Part shown: piece after piece, positions 36,069 to 45,936 of the stretch
How the letters are laid out: the number at the start of each line of letters is the position of its first letter
Position numbering within the stretch: the stretch's first letter is position 1
DNA from: Eubacteriales bacterium
GTDB taxonomy: Bacteria; Bacillota; Clostridia; Oscillospirales; UBA644
Assembly: GCA_045542115.1 (NCBI GenBank)
Contig: JAZQKK010000011.1
Location: 15,190-79,189, forward strand
Reading direction: 5' to 3'
Length of the DNA: 64,000 bases
The notes under the pieces: model-generated
The model's input: only the letters and a program-made list of their open reading frames with translations
Told to the model about the DNA's origin: nothing
The model's database searches: none
Position numbers and translations under genes: made by a program

Positions 36069-37190
36069 ATGAGCAAAATGAAAAAATCCATTCATCCGGA
36101 TGATGATCTGCATTATCAAACGATGGGGCTTACGCGAAACCGGGTGGAACTTTGGGAAGACGGAGCGCGGGTGGACGGATCGAAGGGGTCCTACGAATGG
36201 TGGTATTACGATTCCCATTATCCCGACGGAACGATTCTTGTGATTTTTATGTACTTAAAAAATCCCATCCACGCCAATGGACCTATCGCGCCAATGTCCA
36301 CGATGGAATTGACCCTTCCCGACGGGACAAAATTTTCGGAAGAAGTTTATGCAACCGTTGAGGAAAGTCATTACGGGAAAGACCGGTGCGACGTTCGGGT
36401 CGGGGATTGTTGGTGCCGAGGGGATCTGAAACACTACGACGTGGTTTTTCAAGGGAAAACAATGAGTGCAACGCTCTCTTTGGATGGTACGATTCCTGCT
36501 TGGCGTTCCCAAACGGGCAGTATCTTCTTTGGAGATGCCGAGGAGTATTATTTTGCGTGGCTTCCGGCGATTCCCGAAGGAAATGCTATTGCCGACGTGG
36601 TTTATGACGGCGGAAAGACTCTTCATCTGGAAGGTTCGGGCTACCACGATCACAACTGGGGCAATATTTCGATGCTTAAACTGATGCATCATTGGTATTG
36701 GGGCAGAGCCAAGATTGGCGATTACAAGGTTATTTCTTCGTGGATCACGGCGGGGAAGCAATACGGATATAAAGAGCACGACGTTTTTATGATTGCTAAG
36801 GGCGGCGAGATTCTCGGGGACAATTCCAATCACACTCTGAAATTCAAGCCCGAGGGGCGGTATATCGACGAATATACCGGAAAACCCGTATATAATAAAG
36901 TCGTTTACGAATATACCACCGAGGCGGGGGAGGAATATCGCATTATTTACGACCGTCACGGCGATATCAATAAAACCTGTTTTGTGGACGTTCTTCCGAA
37001 GCCGATAGGAATTCTTGCTAAACTTGTCGGGTTTGACGGTGGATATCTACGATTTGAAGGCACCGCTACCATTGAGAAACTTGTTAATGGCAAAGTTGCG
37101 GAAAAGGTGAGTGACCCTGCCGTTTGGGAGCTGATGTACTTTGGAACGTCCTGTGCGGATGAGCGGTTTGCTGCGCAATCGGAGCGTTAA
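36069..37190 (+). CDS. CrtC/AttH-like (hydroxyneurosporene-synthase family, lipocalin-like) protein
   Basis: GSYEWWYYDSHYPDGT matches the YEWWYFD signature of the CrtC family. The function here is unknown. Confidence 0.45.
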   Translation: MSKMKKSIHPDDDLHYQTMGLTRNRVELWEDGARVDGSKGSYEWWYYDSHYPDGTILVIFMYLKNPIHANGPIAPMSTMELTLPDGTKFSEEVYATVEESHYGKDRCDVRVGDCWCRGDLKHYDVVFQGKTMSATLSLDGTIPAWRSQTGSIFFGDAEEYYFAWLPAIPEGNAIADVVYDGGKTLHLEGSGYHDHNWGNISMLKLMHHWYWGRAKIGDYKVISSWITAGKQYGYKEHDVFMIAKGGEILGDNSNHTLKFKPEGRYIDEYTGKPVYNKVVYEYTTEAGEEYRIIYDRHGDINKTCFVDVLPKPIGILAKLVGFDGGYLRFEGTATIEKLVNGKVAEKVSDPAVWELMYFGTSCADERFAAQSER

Positions 37191-37210
37191 AAATAAAAGG
37201 AAAAAAATTA

Positions 37211-37236
37211 CGGAGTGTCACGTTCGTGGCACTCCG
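37211..37236. terminator. Bidirectional terminator hairpin
   Basis: CGGAGTGTCACG-TTC-GTGGCACTCCG flanked by A- and T-runs. Confidence 0.7.
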
Positions 37237-37248
37237 ATTTTGTCGTTG

Positions 37249-37884
37249 TTAATGAGCGTCGGGGGTTGGGGTCCCGTCTAAAAAGTCGAGGTTTTCGGGT
37301 TTTCGCAGGCCGTAAATGCAAACCGAGATGATTTCGGAAATTTCGGAGATGGATCTGTCACAGCCGTTTTTCAGCCATTCCAGGATGATGGCGTTGATTC
37401 CGTTCAGATAATACATCATCACGTACGGGCGGTCGCTTGTGGGGTAGTGAAAGCGGTCTAAAATGGGGTTGAAAATGTGTTCAAACATACGCTTGTACAC
37501 GTCTTCAAATCCAAGGGTTTTATTGTGCACCAATGCCGTACCGAAAACTTCCTTATGCTCTCTGACGTAGGTTAAATAGGGGGTTAAATATTCGTCGCAG
37601 ATAAACAGCAATTCTCCCCGCTGGCAATTGGTAAGATTCAAGGCGATGGATTGCGTATCGGTAGAGAAATAGGAGAGAAAATCGTTGAGCAAATACCGTG
37701 CCGTTTCGTTGAGCAGATCCCCGATGGTATCGTAGTGCAAATAGAAGGTGGAACGGTTTACGCCCGCCGTTTTACAGATTTCACATACGGTGATGTAGTC
37801 CAAGGGTTTCTTTTTGAGCAGAGAAATCAATGCACGGTCCATTTTCGTGGCAGTATTAAAATACTTGCTTTCGGATGGATTCAT
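37249..37884 (-). CDS. TetR/AcrR-family transcriptional regulator
   Basis: The N-terminal HTH is ITVCEICKTAGVNRSTFYLHYDTIGDLL. Confidence 0.85.
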   Translation of the reverse strand: MNPSESKYFNTATKMDRALISLLKKKPLDYITVCEICKTAGVNRSTFYLHYDTIGDLLNETARYLLNDFLSYFSTDTQSIALNLTNCQRGELLFICDEYLTPYLTYVREHKEVFGTALVHNKTLGFEDVYKRMFEHIFNPILDRFHYPTSDRPYVMMYYLNGINAIILEWLKNGCDRSISEISEIISVCIYGLRKPENLDFLDGTPTPDAH

Positions 37885-37910
37885 CGTATCGCTCCTTATG
37901 AAAAATACAA

Positions 37911-38261
37911 TTATTCGTCTGCGATTTCCCGGGCAAGCTGCACGATTTCGTAGGCATACTTTTCCTTGCCCTTTTCTAGCAGTTTCTTATAAATGGGATA
38001 ATTGATACCGCAACCTACAAGGCCGAGGACCCCGATAAGGATGCCCAGCACCATCCCCGCAAGGCCGGTGCCGATGACCTGCATTGCCAGGCACATTCCC
38101 GTGCCGAACACCAGGGCGGACACAATCCCGCAAGTGTAGGTAAAAACCGTGGCGGGGAGTTTGGCCCGGTTGTCCAATTTTTTGAGGGCAATAATTTTCG
38201 AATTGTCCTTGGGTGCATAATCCTTTGCAATTGCTTCTGCTAAAATTTTGTCTGTGTTCAT
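37911..38261 (-). CDS. Small two-TM membrane protein of unknown function
   Basis: 116 aa. A hydrophobic core (VFTYTCGIVSALVFGTGMCLAMQVIGTGLAGMVLGILIGVLGLVGCGI) is flanked by charged helices. Confidence 0.55.
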   Translation of the reverse strand: MNTDKILAEAIAKDYAPKDNSKIIALKKLDNRAKLPATVFTYTCGIVSALVFGTGMCLAMQVIGTGLAGMVLGILIGVLGLVGCGINYPIYKKLLEKGKEKYAYEIVQLAREIADE

Positions 38262-38372
38262 TGTTCGAACCTCCTTTGATTATGTGGCTTTATTGTACCA
38301 CACCGAAGCGGAGATTGGAACAACACGAAGGGGGAGATGTGTTGATTTGGAGCTGAAACTGTAAAAAACGGC

Positions 38373-39284
38373 TTACTTTTCCTCGCGGTTTCGTTGTTTT
38401 TTTGGGAAAATCGGCTCGTCTGAGGAGCAGAGCCAGGCTCCTATCGCCATCAGGCCGAGGGCGATAAAAAAGGTATAAGGGGGCAGTTCCCGGAAGATGA
38501 TTAGGGAAAGAAAGGCTCCGAAAAAGGGGGCAATGGCGTAATAGGCGCTGGTGCGGGCCGCACCGAGGTACCGCTGGGCGTGAACGTAGAAAAAGATGCT
38601 CAGTCCGTAGGCCACACAGCCCACTCCGAGGACCGGAAGAATACTCCAAAGGTGGGTAATTCTTTCGCCGATGACCAAGCCGATGATGACCGAGCCGAGG
38701 CCGGAGAAAATCCCTTTGAGCAATACGATTTCCAGTGGGTCTTTGGAAGAAAGTTTCCGGGTGCAGTTGTTTTCGACACCCCAGCAGACGCAGGCCAGAA
38801 GAATAAACAAAGACCCCACGGAAAATCGAAATCCGGACAGGTCTTCCAGGGACAAAAGGGCGCAGGACACGACTACAAATCCGATGCCGAACCACAGCCG
38901 TTTGCTGATGCGTTCCCGGAATATCATCAGGGCAATCAGGGCGGTCGCCACGATTTCAAAGTTGTTCAGCAGAGATGCGTTCGCCGCCGTGGTATGGGAA
39001 AGACCGAGCAGTAAAAAAATGGGGGCGGCAATGTCCAGAACAATCATTGCAACGGTGTATGGGAGGTCGGATCTCGTGATTTTTTCCTCGGTCCGCTCCT
39101 GTTTTTTCCATTTTCGGATTCCGGCCACGACACCCATACCAAGTCCGGCGCCAAGGTATAAAAATCCTGCCATCAACGTGGAGGGCATATAGTCCAAAAG
39201 CAGTTTAGAAAAGGGGGAGTTTACGGCGTACAGCGCCGCGGCAAGCATTGCCAATGCAATCCCCATTGAGTTTGATTTTTTCAT
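38373..39284 (-). CDS. EamA/DMT-family transporter
   Basis: A ten-TM-like profile with duplicated EamA halves. The start is ambiguous: MKKSNSMGIAL at 39284, with alternatives at 39299 and 39332. Confidence 0.8.
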   Translation of the reverse strand: MKKSNSMGIALAMLAAALYAVNSPFSKLLLDYMPSTLMAGFLYLGAGLGMGVVAGIRKWKKQERTEEKITRSDLPYTVAMIVLDIAAPIFLLLGLSHTTAANASLLNNFEIVATALIALMIFRERISKRLWFGIGFVVVSCALLSLEDLSGFRFSVGSLFILLACVCWGVENNCTRKLSSKDPLEIVLLKGIFSGLGSVIIGLVIGERITHLWSILPVLGVGCVAYGLSIFFYVHAQRYLGAARTSAYYAIAPFFGAFLSLIIFRELPPYTFFIALGLMAIGAWLCSSDEPIFPKKQRNREEK

Positions 39285-39388
39285 TGTTTTTTCCTGCATT
39301 TTTTGTTTTGCCGTTGCAACGTCGGGGAACAACGGTTCCGGAATAAAAGTGCCCTGCCGTTTGGCAGGGCACGGAATTTTGCACTTCC

Positions 39389-40558
39389 TTACCGGTAGTC
39401 CTTGGTGAAAGGTTGGACTTTGTAGAATTCCCGGTGGTCGGTATCAAAGACGATGTCTACCGATTCGTCCACGACCTTCTTTACCTTACCTTCGGACAGT
39501 TTCCGAATGATGACACGGAATCCGTCGCAGGACCAGTCGTGGGTGGTGTTTTCGGTCATCGAAGAAATGGTTTCCACCACCGTCCCGTCGGGGAAGGAGG
39601 CGATCCCCTTGATGTTGGTCTTCGCGGTCAGGGTAGTGGCTCTGGGGTAGTTGCGGGTCAGCGTTTCGGTCTCCGAATCAAAGATCCACATATACCGAGC
39701 GGAGGAAACCCAGTATTTTCCGGGTTCTCCGTAGATGGGGGAAAGGGCGTGGCCGCCGGCTTCTTCTTCTTTCCCTTTATTGCTGTTTGTAAAGGTCGCG
39801 CCGGAGCCGTTGATGCGGGAAAGTTTCGCGTTTTCTTTGCCCATATTGGAAATCAATACCTGATACACGCCAACGTCTTCCAGAACCCACAGACATTCCA
39901 GGTCAGGGTCCCAGCTCACGCCGTGGCACCACAGGCTGGGGATGGACGTGGTGGGCTTCGTGATTCCGGCAGAAAGGGGAACGTAGGCTAACTTCCCGGG
40001 GTCGCTGGAACAAGCCACGACCACGTCGCCGTTGGGAAGCATTTCAATGGAGTGAGGGCCTTCGCCCACTTGATATTCCCACAGCAGGGATTTTTCTTCG
40101 TAGTCGATCACCCCGGCCCAACCGGAGGAAGAGCAAGCGATGATGACGTCTTTCTTGTAATAAGGAGAATAGCGGAATTTGGCAGAGTCAAGTCCCGCAC
40201 CGGGTTTGATTTTACAGTTGGGGTCGTCGTCAGAATCCCATTCCCACACCACGATTCCCCGCATAGAATCGTTTTTCAGAAGTTCGAAATCTCCTTCACA
40301 GGCGTTCAGGTCAAAGACGACGACGCTATGATTGGTGATGTCGGTGGCAAGGAACTTGTGTTCCATATCGTCGTCCCAAATCTGGAATTCTCCCTGTTCG
40401 TCGTTCTTGTCGGAAGAATCGTTCCCGCCCTGGGAGGCGTTTGCGTCCGCAGAAGAATCCGCCCCGGCGGCGCTGTCGGTGGGGACTTCCGTTTCCCCGC
40501 AGGCCACAAGACCGAACGTCAGAAGAAGACAAAGGATGAGTGCTAACAGTCGTTTCAT
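39389..40558 (-). CDS. Lipoprotein with a probable beta-propeller fold, unknown function
   Basis: Lipobox LVACG, a low-complexity linker, then repeated strand-rich segments (HSIEMLPNGDVVVACS etc.). Confidence 0.5.
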   Translation of the reverse strand: MKRLLALILCLLLTFGLVACGETEVPTDSAAGADSSADANASQGGNDSSDKNDEQGEFQIWDDDMEHKFLATDITNHSVVVFDLNACEGDFELLKNDSMRGIVVWEWDSDDDPNCKIKPGAGLDSAKFRYSPYYKKDVIIACSSSGWAGVIDYEEKSLLWEYQVGEGPHSIEMLPNGDVVVACSSDPGKLAYVPLSAGITKPTTSIPSLWCHGVSWDPDLECLWVLEDVGVYQVLISNMGKENAKLSRINGSGATFTNSNKGKEEEAGGHALSPIYGEPGKYWVSSARYMWIFDSETETLTRNYPRATTLTAKTNIKGIASFPDGTVVETISSMTENTTHDWSCDGFRVIIRKLSEGKVKKVVDESVDIVFDTDHREFYKVQPFTKDYR

Positions 40559-40713
40559 AACAATACCTCTTTTTCTGTTTTATGTATCTCTATTTTACAC
40601 GATTTTCGTCGCTTTGTCAATAGGTTTTCTTTCCTTTTTGGTTATCAAATTTCATTAAACGGCGACCCCCCCCGGATTTTGTCAGTATAATTCTAAAATT
40701 TTTATGAACTATC

Positions 40714-40742
40714 TTGACATTTCTTTTGAAATAAGGTATAAT
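40714..40742 (+). promoter_or_regulatory. sigma-70-type promoter of rpsF-ssb-rpsR
   Basis: TTGACA, 17-bp spacer, TATAAT (both consensus). Confidence 0.7.
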
Positions 40743-40749
40743 ACCCTGT

Positions 40750-40847
40750 ACTGACGGAATAAGTCCGTGAGTCTGTTTCCTTGCCCACGGGAGAAACCGC
40801 GGGCCTTACAGGCGAATTTCGCCGAGTCCATAAGGAGGTATGAAAGA
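40750..40847 (+). promoter_or_regulatory. Structured rpsF 5' leader (candidate S6:S18 autoregulatory element)
   Basis: Long-range CCTGTA/TACAGG pairing encloses CCGTG...CACGG and GGCGA-ATT-TCGCC hairpins immediately 5' of the RBS. Confidence 0.35.
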
Positions 40848-41144
40848 ATGACTGCCAAGTACGAAACCGTATTCGCTCTCAGCCTGAAAACTTACGCTGA
40901 CGAGGAAGCTCTGAACGGTGCCGTGGAGAAATTCAAGAAATTGATGACCGACAACGGTGCGACTATCGACAACGTCGACGTTTGGGGCAAGAAGAGAATG
41001 GCTTACGCCGTGAATTATGAGACCGACGCTTACTATGTTCTCATCAACTTCACCGCTGACGTCACCTTCCCCAAAGAGCTGGAACGTAATTACCGTATTA
41101 CCGACGGCGTGCTCCGTTCTCTCGTTGTGAGAACCGACAAATAA
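40848..41144 (+). CDS. rpsF: 30S ribosomal protein S6
   Basis: MTAKYETVFALS...WGKKRMAYAVN...YYVLINF, with RBS AAGGAGG. Confidence 0.95.
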   Translation: MTAKYETVFALSLKTYADEEALNGAVEKFKKLMTDNGATIDNVDVWGKKRMAYAVNYETDAYYVLINFTADVTFPKELERNYRITDGVLRSLVVRTDK

Positions 41145-41183
41145 GCACACAAAAAACACATCCCGAAAGGAGCGATTCCGCAT

Positions 41184-41639
41184 ATGAATATTAACAAAGT
41201 GATTCTGATGGGCCGACTCACCGCAGACCCCGAACTGAAAACATCTGCAAACAACGTCTCCATTGTACAGTTCACCGTTGCCGTGAATCGCAAATACGTC
41301 AGTAAGGATTCCAACGAACGCCAGGTCGACTTTATCGACTGTACCGCGTTCAATCGGAACGCCGACTTTTTGAGCAAGTACTTCCGCAAAGGTTCTTCCA
41401 TCATCGTCTTTGGGAACATCCAGGTCGACCAGTGGAAGGACAAGGAAGGCCACAGCCGGCGTACCGTTCGCGTCATCGTAGACGAATTGCAGTTCGGTGA
41501 ATCCAAGAACCGCGATTCCTCCGCTTCCGCCGCAATGCCCACGGCCGGTGACCGGGAAGGCTTCTCCAACGCATCCAACGCCGATTTCTTCTCCGACATT
41601 AAGGACGTGGACGGAAACGATGCTGAGTTGCCCTTCTAA
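41184..41639 (+). CDS. ssb: Single-stranded DNA-binding protein
   Basis: [19 protein letters not shown]..., an OB fold, and an acidic C-terminal tip DAELPF. Confidence 0.95.
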   Translation: MNINKVILMGRLTADPELKTSANNVSIVQFTVAVNRKYVSKDSNERQVDFIDCTAFNRNADFLSKYFRKGSSIIVFGNIQVDQWKDKEGHSRRTVRVIVDELQFGESKNRDSSASAAMPTAGDREGFSNASNADFFSDIKDVDGNDAELPF

Positions 41640-41677
41640 GGGAAGCGACTTTGAATTTACGAAAGGAGATTTCCAAA

Positions 41678-41974
41678 ATGGAGAATAATAACGTAGCTCC
41701 CGTTCAGGCTCCCGCCGCTGCTCCCGCAGAACGCGCTGAAAGAGCCCCCCGGGACTTCAAGAGAAAGCCCCGCAAGAAGGTCTGCCAGTTCTGTGCCGAC
41801 CCCAACTGCACCATCGATTACAAAGACGTTGCAAAATTGCGTAAGTTTATGAGCGAAAGAGGCAAGATTCTGCCCCGCCGCGTCACCGCTACTTGCGCTT
41901 ACCATCAGAGAGCTCTGACTGAGGCCATCAAACGTGCCCGTCAGCTGGGACTTCTGCCCTACTCTGCCGACTGA
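41678..41974 (+). CDS. rpsR: 30S ribosomal protein S18
   Basis: [63 protein letters not shown]. Confidence 0.95.
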   Translation: MENNNVAPVQAPAAAPAERAERAPRDFKRKPRKKVCQFCADPNCTIDYKDVAKLRKFMSERGKILPRRVTATCAYHQRALTEAIKRARQLGLLPYSAD

Positions 41975-41990
41975 TTTTTTCAGCAAATTC

Positions 41991-42024
41991 AAAGAGAGAC
42001 CTTTGCAAAGGTCTCTCTTTTTTA
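41991..42024. terminator. Bidirectional terminator
   Basis: AAAGAGAGACC-TTTGCAA-AGGTCTCTCTTT followed by a T-run, between convergent rpsR and the AcnX operon. Confidence 0.8.
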
Positions 42025-42038
42025 TTTGGTTTGCAACG

Positions 42039-42488
42039 TTATTCCGTCACTTCCACGATGCCGTTTTCTTTTACCGAAATGGTCATTCCGTCCTTGACGT
42101 AGTTTAGAAACTCTTCTCCCAGAGAATCGACTACGGGCATCGTGACTCCGTCCACCCAAACGTCGGCCAACACCGCACCGGCGGCGGCCAAAGAGTCGAT
42201 GGGGTTTGCAAACAACATACAGGCGGGGTTTTTCTTCATCGAGCAAGCGCAGTACAGAACCAATCCCCCGGTGGTGGAACCGATGGTCTGGGGCAGGCAC
42301 AACGCCTTGCCCAGCAAGGGTTTCCCGTACAGCTGCCGGTTGCTCTGGTCTCCGCATTTCACTTCTTTATCTCCGAATTGCAACGCCATCTGGAACGAAG
42401 CAAGGGTGTTGAATCCTTCGGTGGTGACGACGGCTTCGGCGGTGACTTGACCGGGGGTTACCACCCGTCCTTGAAACTGTTTCATCAT
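42039..42488 (-). CDS. Aconitase X swivel-domain subunit (DUF126, AcnX small subunit)
   Basis: 149 aa. N-terminus GRVVTPGQVTAEAVVTTEGFN..., with GKALCLPQTIGSTTGG. There is a 4-nt overlap with the large subunit. Confidence 0.75.
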   Translation of the reverse strand: MMKQFQGRVVTPGQVTAEAVVTTEGFNTLASFQMALQFGDKEVKCGDQSNRQLYGKPLLGKALCLPQTIGSTTGGLVLYCACSMKKNPACMLFANPIDSLAAAGAVLADVWVDGVTMPVVDSLGEEFLNYVKDGMTISVKENGIVEVTE

Positions 42489-43759
42489 TTCGTTCCTCCT
42501 GTAATGGTTTCGAGAATTTCGGCGTCGGTGTAGTACCGGGCGCTGGTGTAGGTGCGCAGTTTATTGGAAGAGGTGATGACCGGCATTTTTTTGCAAAGAG
42601 GATTGTTCATATACATCAGCGGGCAGATGTAAGAGGTGATAACGCCGGTCTTTTTCAGCCGTTCTGCGTATTCGGTCTCGGCAAAAGCCCGAAGAACGCC
42701 GGGAGCGGCGGTGAAAACGGTGGGAATGACGACCTTCTTTTTGCCGTTCTTGTTCAGGGATTCTTCCAGATTCACCGTCCAGGTCTTCAACTGTTCCAAC
42801 GAAAGATGGGGACAGCCAACGAAACAGAGTTTGGGGGTGGCGTCGGGATTTTTCCAGATGACGGGATAGTTCTTTTGTACCCGTTCCAGTTCTGCATCGT
42901 CAATGATATATTCCTTCGCCCCGTCGGCAATCAGACTTTCCCCCGATTCCACGGCTTCCGGGGTGAGGTTGGCAATGTGATACAGACCGACCGCTCCGTT
43001 GGATGCGGTGGCGGCGCCGAAATCTTTCAGGTAAGCGCAGGCGGCGTCGTTTAATTCCGTGCCCAGCCATTGGTCCAGTCCCACCACGTAGGGGACGTCT
43101 TCCATTACCTTCATTCCGATGGCAGAGCCCAGCAGTTGGGCTTCGGGTTTTTTCGTGGTCTGAATTTTGACCACCCACGTTGCCTTCCGGCCTTCGTCGG
43201 TGAGAAGCCCGAAGTAGGGAACGTATCCCACGATGGACCCCATAATGTCAATAATTCCGGAGTTGCGGTTGCACCGCGCTCCCAGCACCGAGTTTGCGTA
43301 GACAACGGCACTGGATTCCGCCCAGGAAAGAACGTCTCCTTTCTTGGGCTTGTTGCCCACCTCGTCCATATAACACGTACAGGTGAAGGCGTCTTCGTTC
43401 AAAAGCCCCAATTTGTTCAACTGTTCTTCGTAAAAGCCCTGTTTTGTATACATAAACTTATTGAAGACCAGATTTTGCAGAAGATTTGCGGGAACGTTTT
43501 TGTCGATGGGGCGGGGGTCCACGGAAAATTTCTGCCCCGAAACCACGTCGGCGTCCAACAGTTGCTGCATCAGATCGTACACGGGGGACATTACTTTCAG
43601 CCCGAAGGAGGTGACCAGGTGGTTGTAATCGGAGGTGATGGGAACCAATTTTTCTGCGCCGAAGGCGTCTCCGTACATCACCAGGGTTTTCATTACTTTT
43701 CCAAGAGTTTCTCCCCGTTTTCCGTCCAGAATCTCTTGCTGTTCTTTGGTAAGTATCAT
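42485..43759 (-). CDS. Aconitase X catalytic subunit (DUF521, AcnX large subunit)
   Basis: 424 aa. N-terminus MILTKEQQEILDGKRGETLGKVMKTLVMYGDAFGAEKLVPITS, with conserved Cys residues (FTCTCYMD, FVGCPHLS). Confidence 0.75.
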   Translation of the reverse strand: MILTKEQQEILDGKRGETLGKVMKTLVMYGDAFGAEKLVPITSDYNHLVTSFGLKVMSPVYDLMQQLLDADVVSGQKFSVDPRPIDKNVPANLLQNLVFNKFMYTKQGFYEEQLNKLGLLNEDAFTCTCYMDEVGNKPKKGDVLSWAESSAVVYANSVLGARCNRNSGIIDIMGSIVGYVPYFGLLTDEGRKATWVVKIQTTKKPEAQLLGSAIGMKVMEDVPYVVGLDQWLGTELNDAACAYLKDFGAATASNGAVGLYHIANLTPEAVESGESLIADGAKEYIIDDAELERVQKNYPVIWKNPDATPKLCFVGCPHLSLEQLKTWTVNLEESLNKNGKKKVVIPTVFTAAPGVLRAFAETEYAERLKKTGVITSYICPLMYMNNPLCKKMPVITSSNKLRTYTSARYYTDAEILETITGGTK

Positions 43760-43791
43760 AAATAAGACCCTTTCTCAGTTTTTTGTATGGA

Positions 43792-45861
43792 TTACAGTTT
43801 CATCGCCACGTCCCAGGCGCCCCAGATGACCGTCCGCAGATTGCCTACCTTGGCGGCATCTCCGATGACGTGGATATGGCTTGCTTTGGGGGCTACGGGG
43901 GCGGGATTGTACCCCACCGAGAGAATCACCGAATCGGTGTCCACGGTAAAGGTCTTGCCTTCTTTGTCTTTCAGGGTGACGTTGCCGTCGCCGATTTCAC
44001 AAAGAGACGTTTCCAGAAAGACGGGAACTTTGTTGGTCTTAAAGAAATCCCGCAGGTAACTGGTGTTAGCAAGGCAGATGCCCTTGGTGGTGATAAGGTC
44101 GTCTTGCATCTCCACGATGACCGGCTTTTTGCCCTTCAAATACAGGTCGTAAGCAATTTCACACCCCGTAAGACCGCCGCCGACGACCACCACGTTTTCG
44201 CCTACGGGCTTGTTGCCCAGCAGGTAATCTACCGCTTCCACGGCGGTTTCGGCACCCTTGACGGGAATCTTTTTCGCGACCGCCCCGGTGGCGACGATAA
44301 TTTCGTCGGCGTCCAGGGATTTCACGTCGTTAACTTCGGTGTTCATCTTCACGTCGATGGGATATTTGGAAAGTTCCCGGATGTACCAGGTAATCAGGGC
44401 TTTGTCTTTTTCTTTAAAGTCGGGCGCCGCTGCGGCAAGAAACACGCCGCCCAATTTGTCGCTCTTTTCGTACAACGTCACCGTATGGCCCCGTTTCGCG
44501 CAAAGAATGGCCGCTTCCATTCCCCCGATACCACCGCCGATGACGGCGATCTTCTTGGCCTTTTTCGCCGGTGCCACCTTGTATTTCTTCGACTGCATCG
44601 TTTCGGGATTCAGAGCACACCGGGCAAGCCCCATCGTATCGGTCAGGTCCTGGGTGTTGGCGTGCCCCTTGGAGGAAGAGAAGTTGAAACATCCGGAATG
44701 ACAGCAGATACAAGGTTTGATGTCTTCCAACCGGTCTTCAATGACCTTGGTGACCCATTGGGGGTCTACCAGGAATTGGCGGGCGACCCCTACGCCGTCG
44801 ATGCGACCTTCGGCAACGGCCTTCGCCCCGGTCTCCACGTCCATCCGTCCGGCACAGACCACGGGAATGTCCACGAACTGTTTGATGTGGGCAACGTCGT
44901 CCAGGTTGCAGTTTTCGGGCATATACATCGGGGGATGAGCCCAATACCAGGAGTCGTAGGTGCCGTTGTCGGCGTTGAGCATATCGTATCCGGCGTCTTG
45001 CAAATATCTGGCGGCCTTTTCGGATTCTTCCATATTCCGGCCCACTTCCACGTAGTCCTCGCCGGGCATTGCCCCTTCGCAGAATCCCTTCATCTTGGAT
45101 TCTACCGAATACCGCAGAGAAACGGGATAATCGGTTCCGCAGGCTTCTTTGATTGCCTTGACCACTTCGGCGGCGAACCGATAGCGGTTTTCAAAACTTC
45201 CGCCGTATTCGTCGGTGCGCTTGTTGAAAAATTCAATGGCGAACTGGTCGAGAAGGTAGCCTTCGTGGACCGCGTGGACTTCCACACCGTCCACCCCGGC
45301 GTCTTTGCAGAGTTTTGCCGTTTTTGCGAAAGCCTCGATAATCTCGTGAATCTGTTCCACGGTCATTTCGGGACATTCAATGTCGTGCGCCCAACGGGAT
45401 CTCTGGGGGCTGGGGCACGCCAATTCGTGAGACGTGTCGATGATGGGTTTGACCAACGCCCGGGTAAATTTATTCTTGTGCAGCGGGGCAACCAATTCGG
45501 TAATCGCCCAAGACCGGCCCATCCCGGCGGTCAGTTGAACGAACAGTTTCGCCCCCGTTTTATGGATTTCGTCCATAAACTCTTTGAGTTCTTCAAACAT
45601 TTTGGGATTCTGCCAGAGCCACTTGCCCCAAAAGGTGTCCCGCAAGGGGGCGATGCCGGGAATAATCAATCCCACGTTGTTGTTCGCCCGTTCCAGGAAA
45701 AGTTTTGCGGCTTCTTTGTCAAAGTGACAGCCGGTCAATTCGAACCATCCGAACAGGGACGTTCCCCCCATCGGACACATTACGATGCGGTTCTTGATTT
45801 CCACGTTGCCGATCTTCCAAGGCGTAAACAGCGCCTCGTACTTTTTATCCGTTTGTTCCAT
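43792..45861 (-). CDS. Enoate-reductase / 2,4-dienoyl-CoA-reductase-family flavoprotein (OYE FMN domain + [4Fe-4S] + FAD/NAD(P) domain)
   Basis: Start MEQTDKKYEALFTPWKIGNVEIKNRIVMCPMG after AAAGGAG. It contains the CICCHSGC...C Fe-S motif and the AVIGGGIGGMEAA dinucleotide fold. Confidence 0.85.
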   Translation of the reverse strand: MEQTDKKYEALFTPWKIGNVEIKNRIVMCPMGGTSLFGWFELTGCHFDKEAAKLFLERANNNVGLIIPGIAPLRDTFWGKWLWQNPKMFEELKEFMDEIHKTGAKLFVQLTAGMGRSWAITELVAPLHKNKFTRALVKPIIDTSHELACPSPQRSRWAHDIECPEMTVEQIHEIIEAFAKTAKLCKDAGVDGVEVHAVHEGYLLDQFAIEFFNKRTDEYGGSFENRYRFAAEVVKAIKEACGTDYPVSLRYSVESKMKGFCEGAMPGEDYVEVGRNMEESEKAARYLQDAGYDMLNADNGTYDSWYWAHPPMYMPENCNLDDVAHIKQFVDIPVVCAGRMDVETGAKAVAEGRIDGVGVARQFLVDPQWVTKVIEDRLEDIKPCICCHSGCFNFSSSKGHANTQDLTDTMGLARCALNPETMQSKKYKVAPAKKAKKIAVIGGGIGGMEAAILCAKRGHTVTLYEKSDKLGGVFLAAAAPDFKEKDKALITWYIRELSKYPIDVKMNTEVNDVKSLDADEIIVATGAVAKKIPVKGAETAVEAVDYLLGNKPVGENVVVVGGGLTGCEIAYDLYLKGKKPVIVEMQDDLITTKGICLANTSYLRDFFKTNKVPVFLETSLCEIGDGNVTLKDKEGKTFTVDTDSVILSVGYNPAPVAPKASHIHVIGDAAKVGNLRTVIWGAWDVAMKL

Positions 45862-45907
45862 AGGAAATGCTCCTTTCTTTCGTTGCCGTATAGTTTTTCT
45901 TGGTTTC

Positions 45908-45936
45908 AGTATACCATAACCTTCCGGAAATGTCAA
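45908..45936 (-). promoter_or_regulatory. sigma-70-type promoter of the reductase-AcnX operon
   Basis: The minus strand reads TTGACA, 17-bp spacer, TATACT. Confidence 0.6.

Noticed and set aside
38290-38895. A 201-aa minus-strand ORF overlapping the EamA transporter gene in another frame.
   Set aside because: It has a Pro/Arg-rich composition typical of an off-frame reading of a GC-rich membrane-protein gene. The EamA frame has a coherent TM pattern.
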